From: Octopus sinensis
Lineage: Eukaryota
Direction: 5' to 3'
Length of the DNA: 64,000 bases
Assembly: GCF_006345805.1 (NCBI RefSeq)
Contig: NC_042997.1
Span: 44,578,001-44,642,000 of the forward strand
Within the stretch, counting starts at the first letter, position 1; each line of letters begins with the position of its first letter. The notes beneath the pieces were generated by a model. It was not told the origin of the DNA, ran no database searches, and saw nothing but the letters and a program-made list of their open reading frames with translations. The translations under genes were made by a program, and so were the position numbers. Of this stretch, positions 26,306 through 39,260 are shown piece by piece.

Positions 26306-27060
26306 AGTTTTAATGTTCTAGCTCACTTCTGTTTACAGCAGTGCTTGGAAGGAAAATGTGTAGCGTATAATTGTCACATTGACCATGACAGAAAAAGTTG
26401 CCATGGCGATACCTGCTCAGAGGCCTACGCAAAGTTGCAGGAAGTGTATGGAGAGGAGTGTATGAACCACACACAAGTGTACGAGTGGCTCAGATGTTGC
26501 CAAGATGACTGAAAAAATGTTGATAGTGACGAACATTCTGGGAGACCTGCAACCAGTAGAACTGAGAAAGACATTGCAGATGAGTGTGCAGCTGTGAGGG
26601 GAAATCGTCGAATCCCCATCGGTGAGCTATTAGAAGATGTGCAGATTAGTTATGGTTTAGTCCATTATCACTGAAGATTTGGGTATGATGCGCGTGTCTA
26701 CCAAGTTTGTGCCAAAACTGCTTTCAGCTGACCAAAAAGACACTCTGGTTTCAGTTGCACAAGATCTCCTTGATTGTGCCGAGAACAATGAAAACTTTGC
26801 ATAGGCCTCTGAGCAAGCTTTTGGCAAAATTTGATGCAGATTCTCTGCTCAACTTTCTCTGTCATGGTCAGTGTGATGAACACCCCTACACATGTTGCTT
26901 CCAAGTACTGCTGTAAACAGCAGAAGTGAGCTACAACGTTAAAATACTTAGTTCGCATGCACAGCAGAGTTCAAGGTCAATCTGGGCCAAGTGGCTTTAT
27001 TCTGCATGCTTTAGCTTCGTTACTTTGACAATAGTCCGAATACTTATTGATCAGGCCACA
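26306..27060. mobile_element. Mariner-derived non-autonomous element with inverted duplication of its 5' end (copy 1)
   Basis: + strand MTEKV..GDTCSEAYAKLQEVYGEECM..EHSGRPATSRT..KFVPKLLS; inverted MTEKVEQRICIKFCQKL on the - strand; TIR-like end at 27060 followed by TA. Confidence 0.8.
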
Positions 27061-27959
27061 TACATGACTTAACAATTGTTAAACTATTACTACTATATAA
27101 GTACTAAAACATTTTATGTACAATTATTTTGCCTATTACTTATAGTTCATCACTAATTTCTTTGGATTCTACCATTTCATTTCCTCATGGCTTTATGTTA
27201 TTGTTTAGTCCCAGGTGTGCTCTGATTGATCAAATGTATGACCAAAGGTATTCCAGCTGTAACTATCCTCTATACATTGTCCAGTGTAGCCTCTATTTAA
27301 GATGGTAGGATATGATTTGCTTCTAATGACCAATATGATTTCCGCCAGTACTTTGCCAATCCACCCTTCCTACACTGGTACTTTACTTGAACCTGAATGA
27401 GAGAAAGGTAGTGTCAATCTTGGTGAGACCTCAGGGGACCACAAGACTCTGCTAGTTTACTGCTTGAAGATTATCTATTATTATTTTCCTTTTGATATCT
27501 TTTTTCACTACATTGGCACGAGTCAAATAACTCTGAAACACTATCTCCGTTTCTCTCATAGAGTTCTCTCATTTCTTAAGTGTCCTCAAATCTGATCTCC
27601 TCACCTTCTATGTCTCCTTTAGTCTGTTTCCAGTGTTATGAGACACTTTTTCGTCTAGACATCCTCATTCATTCACATTGTGGCTGCTTCTCTTGCAAAC
27701 AAAAAACTTTGTTGTATTCACATCATACATGTGTGCAGCCTTTGTCATAAATTAACAATGTATATTGGAGGACTATGCTGTGGCACCGTCATTATTGGTG
27801 TTACCTTGTAGCTTGCAAGACTAAGATCCCCATCAACTCAGTGTGGTTACACCAGAGACAACATTTCAATAGAAATATTTTCATGAATTGAACAGCAGGA
27901 ACTGCTAGCAACCACTGACCAACAACAATCAAGGCAATCCCAAATTCTTCCTCCCCTTC

Positions 27960-28040
27960 TCCCCTTCTTCTTCTTCTTCTTCTTCTTCTTGTTCTTGTTC
28001 TTCTTGTTCTTGTTCTTCTTGTTGTTCTTCTTCTTGTCTT
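27960..28040. repeat. (CTT)n/(GTTCTT)n repeat
   Basis: Direct reading. Confidence 0.9.
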
Positions 28041-28295
28041 CCTAACTTTATCACTAATGCTTTTTAGTATAACACCTACTACAATCAAGGCAATCCCAAA
28101 TTCTTCCTCCCCTTCTCCCCCCTCCTCCTTCTTCCCTACAAAGAATTCACATGGACCTTGAACCCACAAGAGTAAACAAGAGAGACAGAGAAAGGCAGAA
28201 ACAAGGAGAACACCGCTTATATTTGAACACTATACAAATATTCTTTTAAAAAAACTTTTCTTTTAATTTTTCTAAATTCAATTATTTAATTGTTA

Positions 28296-28332
28296 CAGCT
28301 GAAAAGGTCTCAAATGACCGAAACCGGTACTG
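28296..28332 (+). ncRNA. Minimal hammerhead motif with CTGAAAA (G8A) core
   Basis: cag-CTGAAAA-ggtc tcaaat gacc-GAAA-CCGG-TA-ctg: all three stems pair; stem III is the palindrome ACCGGT; GUA triplet 28327-28329. Confidence 0.65.
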
Positions 28333-28389
28333 AAATGTTCTTTATAAAATTATTTTAGCATTTTCTATCTTGACTTGTTTTTTCATTCA

Positions 28390-28397
28390 TATATATA

Positions 28398-28469
<72 letters not shown>

Positions 28470-28490
28470 TATATATAATGTATATATATA
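28390..28490. repeat. (TA)n microsatellite
   Basis: Direct reading. Confidence 0.95.
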
Positions 28491-28812
28491 TATTGGTGTT
28501 ACCTTGTAACTTGCCAGACTAAGATCCCCATCAACTCAGTGTGGTTACACCAGAGACAACATTTTTCTCATCTGTCTCTTGGTGTTATAGTACTCAGCAA
28601 ACATATTTCATTAGTTTAACACTTTAGCATTCAGACTACTTTGTCAAATGTAATACTTATTTATTCATACTGCTTGGAATTAATCATGCATTGTATCATA
28701 GCCTTGAGATTACAATGATATGATTGTTTCCTTTTAGAATGAGATTGTAGAGTAGATGAGTGAGGCTGGATCTGGCCAATTTGAACATACGATAGAATAT
28801 TTTGGCTGGATA

Positions 28813-29215
28813 TCTTTACATATAAAAGTGAAGTTGTGTGCTGTCTGTCTCCTACGATTTAGATTCCTAACTACTCCCACATTTTGTGGTGCAGTTTAAC
28901 CAAAACTGGGTATCTTATAGTCGTGATTCATATCGAGCCCTTCTGGGTATTAGCGCGCGTCTACGATGAGTCTACGATTTAAAAAAAAATTTACCATCAT
29001 TATTTTTCCATTTTAATGCATTTTTTCGCTATTATATAAGGGAAGTAACTCTCTAAAAATGTCTACGATGAGTCAACGATTTAAAAAAAAATTTACCATC
29101 ATTTTTTCCCCCATTTTTAATGCATTTTTTTGCTATTTTTTGGCTATAACTCTCTAAAAATGCTTATATAGTTATTTCCCTTACAAACCCGAACAACGCC
29201 GGGCGATACTGCAAG
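28813..29215 (+). mobile_element. Non-autonomous Helitron H1
   Basis: A^TC start (TCTTTACATATAAAAG); 3' caacgccgggcgatactgCAAG^T (CTAG variant); internal ~100-bp tandem duplication. Confidence 0.75.
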
Positions 29216-29846
29216 TAAATAACAAAGAAAAAGCCTGAAAGGCATGAAGCATAGACCAAGGGTTAAAACCAGTAAAAAGAGTTAAACTGGTTTTCTTAGA
29301 TACTGTCCAAGGATGCAACAGTTGCACCTTCACAAATTTTTCCTTTTTTTTGTTGTTGTTGTTGTTGTTAATGTATACACGTTTGTAATTACACTATATT
29401 AACAAATCAAAAGCTTAGTGATTCACATCCTGTTACTAGTATTATGTTGTTTACAAGACAGAGACTTGACTATCAAATGGCCTAGTCACATAGCTGTAAG
29501 TAGGAAACAGTTCACTTGTAATGAATGTAGTATTCAACTTCTGTAAATATAACCAATGAGGGATGGGTTCTGCCAAGCTGACTTATCTGGCTGAACTGGA
29601 CGAAGACAAAGATCTTAGCGCTACTATGACCCATACATGTAGGTGTACCTACATTAATTAAAGTTTATCTACATGTGTGGGCATGCCTATAACTAGTATT
29701 ACAAGGACATACATATACATATAACATGCATACCTTTACTAATACATGGTTGGGAAAAAGTTCAAGGAGTATTGCTAGTGCTGGTAACAGAAGATTGATC
29801 ACATGAAGAGAGAGAGAGAGAGAGCTTTAAGCATTTATATCAGCCA

Positions 29847-30247
29847 CTAGCAGTATCGCCTGGCGTTGCTCGGGTTTGTAAGGGAAATAACTATATAAGC
29901 ATTTTTAGAGAGTTATAGCCAAAAAATAGCAAAAAAATGCATTAAAAATGGGAAAAAAATGATGGTAAATTTTTTTTTAAATCGTTGACTCATCGTAGAC
30001 ATTTTTAGAGAGTTACTTCCCTTATATAATAGCGAAAAAATGCATTAAAATGGAAAAAAATGATGGTAAATTTTTTTTTAAATCGTAGACTCATTGTAGA
30101 CGCGCGCTAATACCCAGAAGGGCTCGATATGAATCACGACTATAAGATACCCGGTTTTGGTTAAACTGCACCACAAAATGTGGGAGTAGTTAGGAATCTA
30201 AATCGTAGGAAACAGACAGCACACAACTTCACTTTTATATATAAAGA
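29847..30247 (-). mobile_element. Non-autonomous Helitron H2
   Basis: Reverse complement of H1 with intact CTAG 3' end and A^T insertion site. Confidence 0.8.
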
Positions 30248-30647
30248 TTTCATTGACCCCAGAAAAGAACAAATGGCCCAGACGATCTGGTTGTTAAGGG
30301 AAACAACTGGAATAAACCAAACTACTGCAAAATATCTTGGCTTGATGCATGATTTGTTTAGGGTGTTCCATGCCAATACACAAGCAGAGGGAGGACTGAT
30401 GAGTGAATGGCAAAGCTACATGTAGCTGAGCCTTATGGGAACTACAAAGGTATGATATGGAAATGATTTCTTTTGACTGGATACAATGCAGCATAACTTT
30501 GCTGGGGAAATGGAAAATCAAATGGATCGACAAACATGGAGGGTTGAAAGGCAAATAGTGATGGGATTTGAACTCAGAATGTAGAGAGAAAAACATAAAT
30601 GCTGTAAGTGTATTGTCTGGTGACCTGTTATTTAAGTTATATTATTG

Positions 30648-30772
30648 AGTCCCACTGCGTGGCACGTTGGGCAAGTGTCTTCTACTGTAGCCTCGGGCTG
30701 ACCAAAGCCTTGTGAGTGGATTTGGTAGACGGAAACTGAAAGAATCCCATCGGGTATATATATATATGTATG

Positions 30773-30803
<31 letters not shown>

Positions 30804-30829
30804 GTATGTATATATATGTATGTGTATAT

Positions 30830-30861
<32 letters not shown>

Positions 30862-31100
30862 GTATATATATATATATGTATGTATGTGTGTTTGTGTGCC
30901 TGTGTTTGTTCCCCCCCCCCAACATTGCTTAACTGGTGCTGGTGTGTTTACATCACCCGTAACTTAGCGGTTTGGCAAAAGAGACCGATAGAATAAGTAC
31001 TAGGCTTACAAAGTATAAGTCCTGGGGTCGATTTGCTCGACTAAAGGCGGTGCTCCAGCATGGCTGCGGTCAAATGACAGAAACAAGTAAAATAGTAAAA
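30648..31100 (+). mobile_element. SINE B, 5'-truncated, with expanded (TA/TATG)n
   Basis: Microsatellite ~30755-30890. Confidence 0.85.
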
Positions 31101-31660
31101 GTCTTTATTATATCAATGATGTTCTGCTTTAGCACAAGTCTACAAACTTGTTGAAGTGAATTTAGTTGATTAAATTAATGAGTCCTGCTACTTGGATTTA
31201 TTATAAGAATGTGAGTATGCATGTAGAGAGAGATTATATAATTGTTCCTAATATCAAATTTCATTTTGTTTTATTTCCCTTGCACACAAGCATGCACTCA
31301 CAGCAGAGTCAGTCATCGCACAACCTCACACATTTTTCTTTTTACATTCCAAAAAAGTATTTATATTCACACTTAGAGTTGCTCTATCAGATATTTAAAA
31401 TTCATGAGGAGACATCAGTTTTTAGATTTTGTTGACATGTAGCATTGGGTTATATGTTTTCTTTGACTGTTTCTGTGTTTGAACTTTTGCTGGTATTCCA
31501 GCTGTAGTCATTTAGTCTTCCTGTATGTTATATCAGGACTTCTACCTGGTATATCCATCCATTTTTAATATGGTAATAGGAGATTTCGCTCATTTCTAGC
31601 ACACTGAGCAGCTTAGCCTCTGCACTTCCCCCACAAGGCAACATCAAATGTAACCTGGAT

Positions 31661-32042
31661 GGAAGCACTCCGTCGGTTACGACGACGAGGGTTCCAGTTG
31701 ATCCGAATCAACGGAACAGCCTGCTCGTGAAATTAATGTGTAAGTGGCTGGGCACTCCACAGACACGTGTACCCTTAACGCAGTTCTCGGGGATATTCAG
31801 CGTGACATAGAGAGTAACAAGGCCGGCCTTTTGAAATACAGGTACAACAGAAACAGGAAGTAAGAGTGAGAAAGTTGTGGCGAAAGAGTACAGCAGGGAT
31901 CGCCACCATCCCCTGCCGGAGCCTCGTGGAGCTTTAGGTGTTTTCGTTCAATAAACACTCACAACGCCCGGTCAGGGAATCGAAACCGCGATCCTATGAC
32001 CGCGAGTCCGCTGCCCTAACCACTGGGCCATTGCGCCTCCAC
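31661..32042 (-). mobile_element. SINE A
   Basis: TSD aaatgtaacc, extending into tail-like ggatggaagc. Confidence 0.9.
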
Positions 32043-32222
32043 TAAATGTAACCGGGATGGAAGCTGACAAACATTTGTGTTACTACAAAATAAACAGTGA
32101 AACACTTCACAATTAACAGCACCGTTTTCAACAACTTCTGTACCGCACCTCATGTCTCAAATAAAATATGAGCACTTCAATAGGAAGCCAACACTTTTAT
32201 GAAACATATTTAAAAAATTGCT

Positions 32223-32448
32223 GGCGAGCTCGCAGAACCGTTAGCACGCCGGGCGAAATGCGTAGCCGTGTTTCGTCTGCCATTACGTTCTGAGTTCAAA
32301 TTCTGCCGAGGTCAACTTTGCCTTTCATCCTTTCGGGGTCGATAAATTAAGTACCAGTTATGCACTGGGGTCGATGTAATTGACTTAATCCGTTTGTCTG
32401 TCCTTGTTTGTCCCTTCTATGTTTAGCCCCTTGTGGGTAATAAAGAAA
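32223..32448 (+). mobile_element. tRNA-derived SINE D
   Basis: GGCGAGCT(G)GCAGAA...GAGTTCAAATTC B box, then gcctttcatcctttcggggtcgataaattaagtaccag. Confidence 0.8.
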
Positions 32449-33239
32449 CACATATTTAAAAATTAAGCCTCAGTGAAACTAAAAGTAGGCAGGAAAACTA
32501 AATGCAGAGTTTACCCTTTCTGTCTTAGACTGTGATTGACCCCTTTCTTGCACCAGTCACAAAATGGCAGTGCGGAACCCAAAAGCTGAAAGTCCTGACA
32601 AAATCTCAAACATGCACCTAACCATGTAGGCCTTGAAGAAATCAGAGAAGTTATCAGCATCTATCTGGTAATTATATCAGTACTGACTAATCTGCAGAAT
32701 CTGAAAATTAAGAAAATATTTGCAATTCTTAAAACTCTATAAAAGCAGAAATGAAATAACATCTCATGGACAGATGTGTCTGTTTACTCTACACACTTGG
32801 AACATTTTCTTACAATGCTTTAACCTTGATATTCTACTCTCCAAATCACAAGAGAGATGCAGGCTATTAAGTCATTGAATTAATAAAAAGAGTTTTTGAA
32901 TAGCTGCTCAACCTTCTAGAAATAACAGCCAAATCTCCCTCAAAATTACCTGTAAAAAAGAAAAGACACATTTGGTATTGCAGCATTAGATGTCTGGTGG
33001 TATGAAACCCCTAAAAGTTGTCTGGAATGTTTTTGGTCATAAGTTAACTCAATCAAGGCTGAACTAAGGCCCAAATGTAAAACAACACGACTGCCCAGTA
33101 TGGTCAACCACTCCCACCTACAAACCTTACGATGTGGGTACAGCTTATTTTCATAACAAATCCTGAACCCCATACTCTCATGTCATCACATACACCTCCC
33201 TGCAAAAAAAAGAAAACCCTATATAAATAAACATAGGTA

Positions 33240-33403
33240 CACAAGTGGCTTTGTGGTAAGAAGCTTTCTCCTAACTACATGGTTCCAGGTTCAATCTCAT
33301 TGTGTGGCACCTTGGGCAAGTATCTTCTACAATAGCCTTGGGCTGACCAAAGCCTTGTGAGTGGATTTGGTAGATGGAAACTAAAAGAAGCCTGTGGTGT
33401 GTA

Positions 33404-33434
<31 letters not shown>

Positions 33435-34078
33435 TTTATTATAGCTATATTATAGCTATATTCTTTTATAGGTGCAGGAGTGGCTGTGTGGTAAGTAGCT
33501 TGCTAACCAACCACATGGTTCCGGGTTCAGTCCCACTGCGTGTTATCTTGGGCAAGTGTCTTCTGCTATAGCCCCGGGCCGACCAATGCCTTGTGAGTGG
33601 ATTTGGTAGACGGAAACTGAAAGAAGCCTGTCGTATATATGTATTTGTGTGTGTGTGTTTGTCCCCCTAGCATTGCTTGACAACCGATGCTGGTGTGTTT
33701 ACGTCCCCGTCACTTAGCGGCTCGGCAAAAGAGACCAATAGAATAAGTACTGGGCTTACAAAGAATAAGTCCCGGGGTCGATTTGCTTGACTAAAGGCAG
33801 TGCTCCAGCATGGCCGCAGTCAAATGACTGAAACAAGTAAAAGAGTAAGAGTATATATATATATGTCTGTGTCTGCCCCCCACCAATGCTTGGCAACAAG
33901 TGTTGGTGTGTTTATATCTTTGTAACTTAGTGGTTTGGCTAAAGAGATTGATAGAATAAGTACCAGCTTTAAAAAAATAAACAGTACTGGGATGGATTTA
34001 TTCAACCAAAATTCTCCAAGGCGGTGCCCCAGCATGGCCACAGTCTGATGACTGAAACAAGTAAAAGGATAAAAGAAT
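33240..34078 (+). mobile_element. SINE B cluster: young copy 33471-33851 between the two halves of an older B-like copy
   Basis: Old 5' half 33240-33425 and old 3' half 33860-34078 flank the full copy, which sits at the old copy's microsatellite. Confidence 0.75.
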
Positions 34079-34379
34079 ATAGCTATAAAACATCTCTAGC
34101 AAAGGTAAAAAAAAAATGAAATAATATAAAAAGCAGATTGAGAAATAGGTGCAACATCAATAGTCTCATTAGTCCTGCATTCATTGTGTTGGGAATGGAT
34201 GCAAACCATGATAGCAACAACTGTCGCATTCTAAGTTCACCATGGCTAGTTCCCTCTGTGACCACCACCACCTAAATCTACAAGCATCCAGAAATAGTTT
34301 GGATATTGGAGGTAATTCCTCTCCAAATTAATATACTACACCCCATGTGATTCATCATCACATATCATTGTTTGCTAAA

Positions 34380-34601
34380 CCCTTTCGTTACCGTATTTAT
34401 TTTGAGATGCTCTGTGTTTCTTTCAGTTAATTTTAAATATAACAAAGAATTTAGTAAAATAACTTAGCTATCATTAAGCTAGTGTTAGGAATATAAATTG
34501 CAACTAATGTTTGGTGGTATATTTTGATGCAAAACTTATGAAAACAAGACATTTGTACTACAGAGCCAGAGCTGGTTTTGGCCGGGTTAGTAACGAAAGG
34601 G
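34380..34601 (+). mobile_element. piggyBac-type MITE E
   Basis: TIRs; right TTAA. Confidence 0.85.
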
Positions 34602-34959
34602 TTAATGGCCTTTATCTAGGCAGAAGCATGATATATCTGGAGCAATAGATCTATAGGTCACATCTTGTCATTCAGTAGACTTCTCAAGTGCTAAGATCTA
34701 CTTGATCAAGACTGACTCAGCACTCTGCTATACAATCGCCATCTCGAATATTTGCAAATCTTTTTGTGAATTAAGTTAAGGCCCCATGAACGATGTTTTA
34801 TTTGAAAGTATTGTTTGTACACTAACGATAATATTTTAAAGATTTTTGTTTTAATCCCAAAAGATCAAACTAATATCCTGTGAGTCGTTTCTTTTTCCTT
34901 CCATTACAAATAACTATTATCATGACTTTTTTCTTCCTACATGCAACTATTCTTCTTTA

Positions 34960-35175
34960 TCTTTTACTTGTTTCAATCATTTGCCTGTGTCCTTGCTGCA
35001 GCACCACCTTGAAGGGTTTTAGTTAAACAAACCGACCTTAGAACTTATTTTATTTTTTTAAGCCTATGTATAGGCTATAGTAGAAGACTCTTGCCCAAGG
35101 TACCACACAGTAGGATTGAACCCAAAACCACGTGGCTGGGAAGGAAGCTTCTTACTACATAGCCATGCCTGCACC
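34960..35175 (-). mobile_element. Degenerate SINE B
   Basis: Partial head and tail similarity. Confidence 0.55.
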
Positions 35176-35701
35176 TTTGCTGACTTTTTCAAAAATATAT
35201 AGTTGATTAGGTACTATTTTACATACTTAAGTGATTTATTTGATTTCATTTAGTTCTTCGTTTTCCTTTTTGCCTGTTTAATACCAACATTTTCCTAATA
35301 TCATTTATTTCTTATTTTTTTGTATATATAATCGTTTTCTGTGTTTGGCCTCATAACAGAGTGGTCAGCGCCGGCCGGCCCACGCTCGTTTAGCTTTTCT
35401 TGAATGGCAACAGGTGTCTCGCTCATTTAGTTGTTTAGCAGTAGGAAAAGCATTTTTATGTGAGAAAAAAAATCTAAATGGCATAGTACATGTAATATTT
35501 TGATTGAAATTCAATGTTTTACTGATTTTAATTTATTTCACTTTAAGTGATTTATGAAAAAAAAAAAAAATCATAGTTTCATTGGTTTCAAATTTGAAAC
35601 TGCATGAAAGCAATTGGTAAGAGAAGAAAATGTGAGTCAAAATATCCATTCTTAGACATTCCTTCAACCCCAAAAGTTAATAATATTGTTATATCATTTA
35701 A

Positions 35702-35921
35702 CCCTTTCGTTACCAACCTGGATGAAACTGGCCCTGGCTCTGAGTACAAATGTTTTGTTTTCATAAGTTTTGAATTGAAATCTTCCACCAAACCTTAGTC
35801 ACACTTTATGATCCTAACACCAGCTGAAAGATGACTAAGTTGTTTTACTAAATTCTTTGTTATATCTAAAATAATTGGAAGAAACACAGAACATCTCAAA
35901 ATAAATACAGTAACAAAAGGG
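35702..35921 (-). mobile_element. piggyBac-type MITE E
   Basis: TIRs, TTAA TSD. Confidence 0.85.
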
Positions 35922-36829
35922 TTAAAGCAGATATTCAAATTTGGGATGTTAAATTGAAATATTAGAACTGAAAAAATGATAGTTATAGCTTAATGGTAGG
36001 TTGTAGTTTAAATTCACAAGAAACCACTGAATGAAAATCAACTGTAATATAATGGTGGAAAGTATAGATATTGCAAATCTCCGGTTCTCATTTATTCCTT
36101 GTTTAAAATATAAAAACACTGAAGAAAACTTGGAAAAATATATACAACCTTCCTTTATATATATGTATTTATATAATTAGTTTATCATTGCAATTGTTGC
36201 TCATTTCTTGGATTGGCAGAGAGAGATTATTTTTAGTGCAAACTAATAGCAGTGGGAATAGTATTTGAGACTTTGATGTTTGAGCTTTTCTCAGGTGCAT
36301 AGCAATTAAGGTAAGTGAAGAGAAAGGAAGCTTTTGTTGCTGACTAATCCCCCGAAATATACACCTTGCCTTGCAATCAGTCAGTTTAACCTTCCATCCT
36401 CCTGGTGTCGATAATGAGGGTCTTAATATACAGTTATTAGCAATTTTCTTACCTTACATCATTAGGTAGAAGGGCAGGTTTTTTTTCATGAGAAATATAA
36501 AGAATATTTCCTTTTAATTAATCTTTGTGGCCCTTTATGTACTGCTTGTATTTGGGTTCAGTGGTGTTTAGGGGATGGTAGACGAATGTCATCTTCAATA
36601 GGATGCCAACCTTCTGCAGGTATCATTTCCTATGATTAAGATTGAATTCAGCACTAGAAGCCAACAAAGCATCTCTCACTTTTAGTATTTCTACTTCCTT
36701 CAACAGTGGAACACACCATTGTATTGGTTCTGCTTACAACCTGGTAGACTAACACATTCAAAGAGTGAAGGCATACCATATTGCAGTGTTGAAGACACCA
36801 GTTAGTTTTATCTCTTGCATACATTCTTA

Positions 36830-37059
36830 TTTCTTTATCGCCCAAAAAGGGGCTAAACATAGAGGGGACAAACAAGGACAGACAAAGGGATTAAGTCGAT
36901 TATATCGACCCCAGTGCATAACTAGTACTTATCTAATCGACCCCGAAAGGATGAAAGGCAAAGTCGACCTCAGCGGAATTTGAACTCAGAATGTAGTAGC
37001 AGACGAAATACCGCTAAGCATTTTGCCCGGCGTGCTAACGTTTCTGCCAGCTCACCGCC
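36830..37059 (-). mobile_element. SINE D
   Basis: Reverse complement of 32223-32448; a degenerate copy lies at ~20960-21090. Confidence 0.8.
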
Positions 37060-37905
37060 TTCCATACATTCTAATTAGTACCTCCAAATCCAGTCTCTTG
37101 TAAACCAACACTGCCTCTGCACTTAACAAATTTTCTGATGAGTGTCTCATTATCTCAGTTACTCACACCACATCTGGATATTGCCCTGTTGCACCAGAAG
37201 TCAGCTGGCTGGTCAAAAGTTTACCAGTTATAAGCTAATGTCCTGGATTATGCATTTGTATTATTTCTGACCCATGAGATGTAGTGACTAAACTAGTGAC
37301 TAAAGTCATCCTGCGAGGTATGTTTTGTTACATCACATGCAATAAAAAATCCATCACACTGAAATTCCCAACTGGGCTTTTTCATAGCGGCTTATCAACC
37401 TTTCAGGCAAAGAATATGGAGATACATGTGTAGGAGAAAATCTCGCACCCTCACAAAGTGGATGTCTTCTATCCTACACAGCAACTCCTGCAACATGAAA
37501 CTGCTGTTTTTCACACTATGCAATTCAGAGGAGTTTTCTTTCCACCCAAATTGCAGTTGGTCTTTTAGGTCTCTTGACAAAAGAACTCTATGAATTTTGC
37601 ACAATCTTCCATTTCCATTTCTTAACTACATTGGGTCTGTAGGCAGTACTCCTCATGGAGGGAACCCCCAAAAACCCACCCACATTTATTATTGGCTTTG
37701 TATCTAGATCCACGCTGTACACTGTAGATCTCTTTCAAACCTGTTCCCACCTTTATTCCATCAGATTTACTATCATATACACATACACCCTAGGTGTGAA
37801 GTATCCTCATTTGCTATAAACTAAGATGGCCACTGGCTCTGAAAGTGTTCCATTATCCCCAAACATTGCATCATAGTTCTAGCCCCTGTCCTTGCCAAAC
37901 GCTTT

Positions 37906-37943
<38 letters not shown>

Positions 37944-38649
37944 TCTCTCTTTTATCAGACTATCATACTCTTACCATCCCAAAGGGAGTGATTTGTAACC
38001 ATTTACACAAAAATGCTTGTAACCATTTAAGAACATGATCCACATTGGTCTCACTGGTCACAGAATGGCTGTGGGCACAGGAACTTTTCTCTTGGTCAAA
38101 TTAAACCAATGCAATACATGGGTCCAGTTTCTATTTATTATATCTATTAATTATCAAAGTTTTGAACTCATAGAGAGTTTCCAGTATTAATTATTAGTTG
38201 TTTACCATGAAAGACATTAATTAGTAGGTGCAGTTGAGCTAATTTGCAAGTGGTTTTGGTTACAGATTTGTCTTGTACTTGCACTGCAAAAGCAATTGCA
38301 AAAATTATGTACGTTACAACTCTCTATATCATTTGTCTCTTCTTTTTTGGCTGTCACTCATAATCAATTATGAACTGGTAGCAGATTTTTTTAAAATCTA
38401 CACATGCATGCAAATACACATACTCATACATTGGGGGAACTTCAACAATTTTTTGCCCTTTTCTTTGAGGTTGTAGACCAAAGATACTGGCATAGCCCTC
38501 ACTACAAGTATTGCAAAAAACTTTTGTACACCTGGTAGAGTAAATCTTAACTGTTTTTCTTTCTGCTTTTCCTTTCAGTTGTTCTATTCCGTTTCATTTG
38601 GCAACACTTTACACCTTTTTTTGTAGCCCTTTTACCATTTTTTGCAATC

Positions 38650-39260
38650 AGTCTTTGACTTCTCCCATGCATCACAATCAGGTCACCTGCTACACTGATG
38701 ACATCCTTTTAAAGATATGGCTGCCTGGACATATTTGTGGAGATTTCAGACCCTTTTTCAATTGCCAGTGGAGTAAGACAGGGTTGTGTACTTGCATCAA
38801 CACTCTTTACACGTATTCTGGATATTGTTCTTCAAAGATGGCAAGTAACCTAACAGTGAGAGTGGATGGTGGCTTGTGGAACATGCCTAGATTAAGATCT
38901 ACCAAGAAGTGCTTCGGTATGTGTAGTTTGTGAAATTCTTTCCACTGATGATTCATCCCCTAATGACTCATTCCCAAGAAGATATCCAATGACACACCAT
39001 TTTGAATGTACAGTATCAGATTTTGACTTAGTAGTAAATGTGAAAAAGATTGAAGTCTTGTGCTGACTTAAATCTGGAGTGCTTGAATATGACTGAACCT
39101 CTGGCCATGATTGCAAATTAGCTGCTAAGTGTTGTGAGAAAGTTGATATATTTGGGTTGTAGGATTTCTGATGAGAACAGCCTAGATATGGGGAGGGGGT
39201 GTATTGCTGCATAGAGTTGGTTGAGGTTGCTTTTGGGGGAAGCTCAGTGATCAATAAGGA
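38650..39260 (+). mobile_element. Degenerate RTE (BovB-like) RT fragment
   Basis: FSIASGVRQGCVLASTLF, DGGLWNMPRL, STDD/LMTHSQEDIQ, DFDLVVNVKKIEVL, VVRKLIYLGCRISDENSLD across frameshifts. Confidence 0.75.

Larger units (their letters stand above)
27793..28564 (+). repeat. 74-bp direct repeat (27793-27866 and 28491-28564) around a microsatellite- and hammerhead-containing segment
   Basis: Two mismatches between copies; an inner 40-bp direct repeat lies at 27925 and 28081. Confidence 0.9.

Noticed and set aside
32950-33200. Minus-strand acceptor (ttttgcag) and donor-like sites
   Set aside because: All frames hit stops or give unrecognisable peptide; no partner exons.
38892-39254. 120-aa minus-strand ORF as a host exon
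   Set aside because: It is the antisense of a recognisable RTE RT relic on the plus strand.
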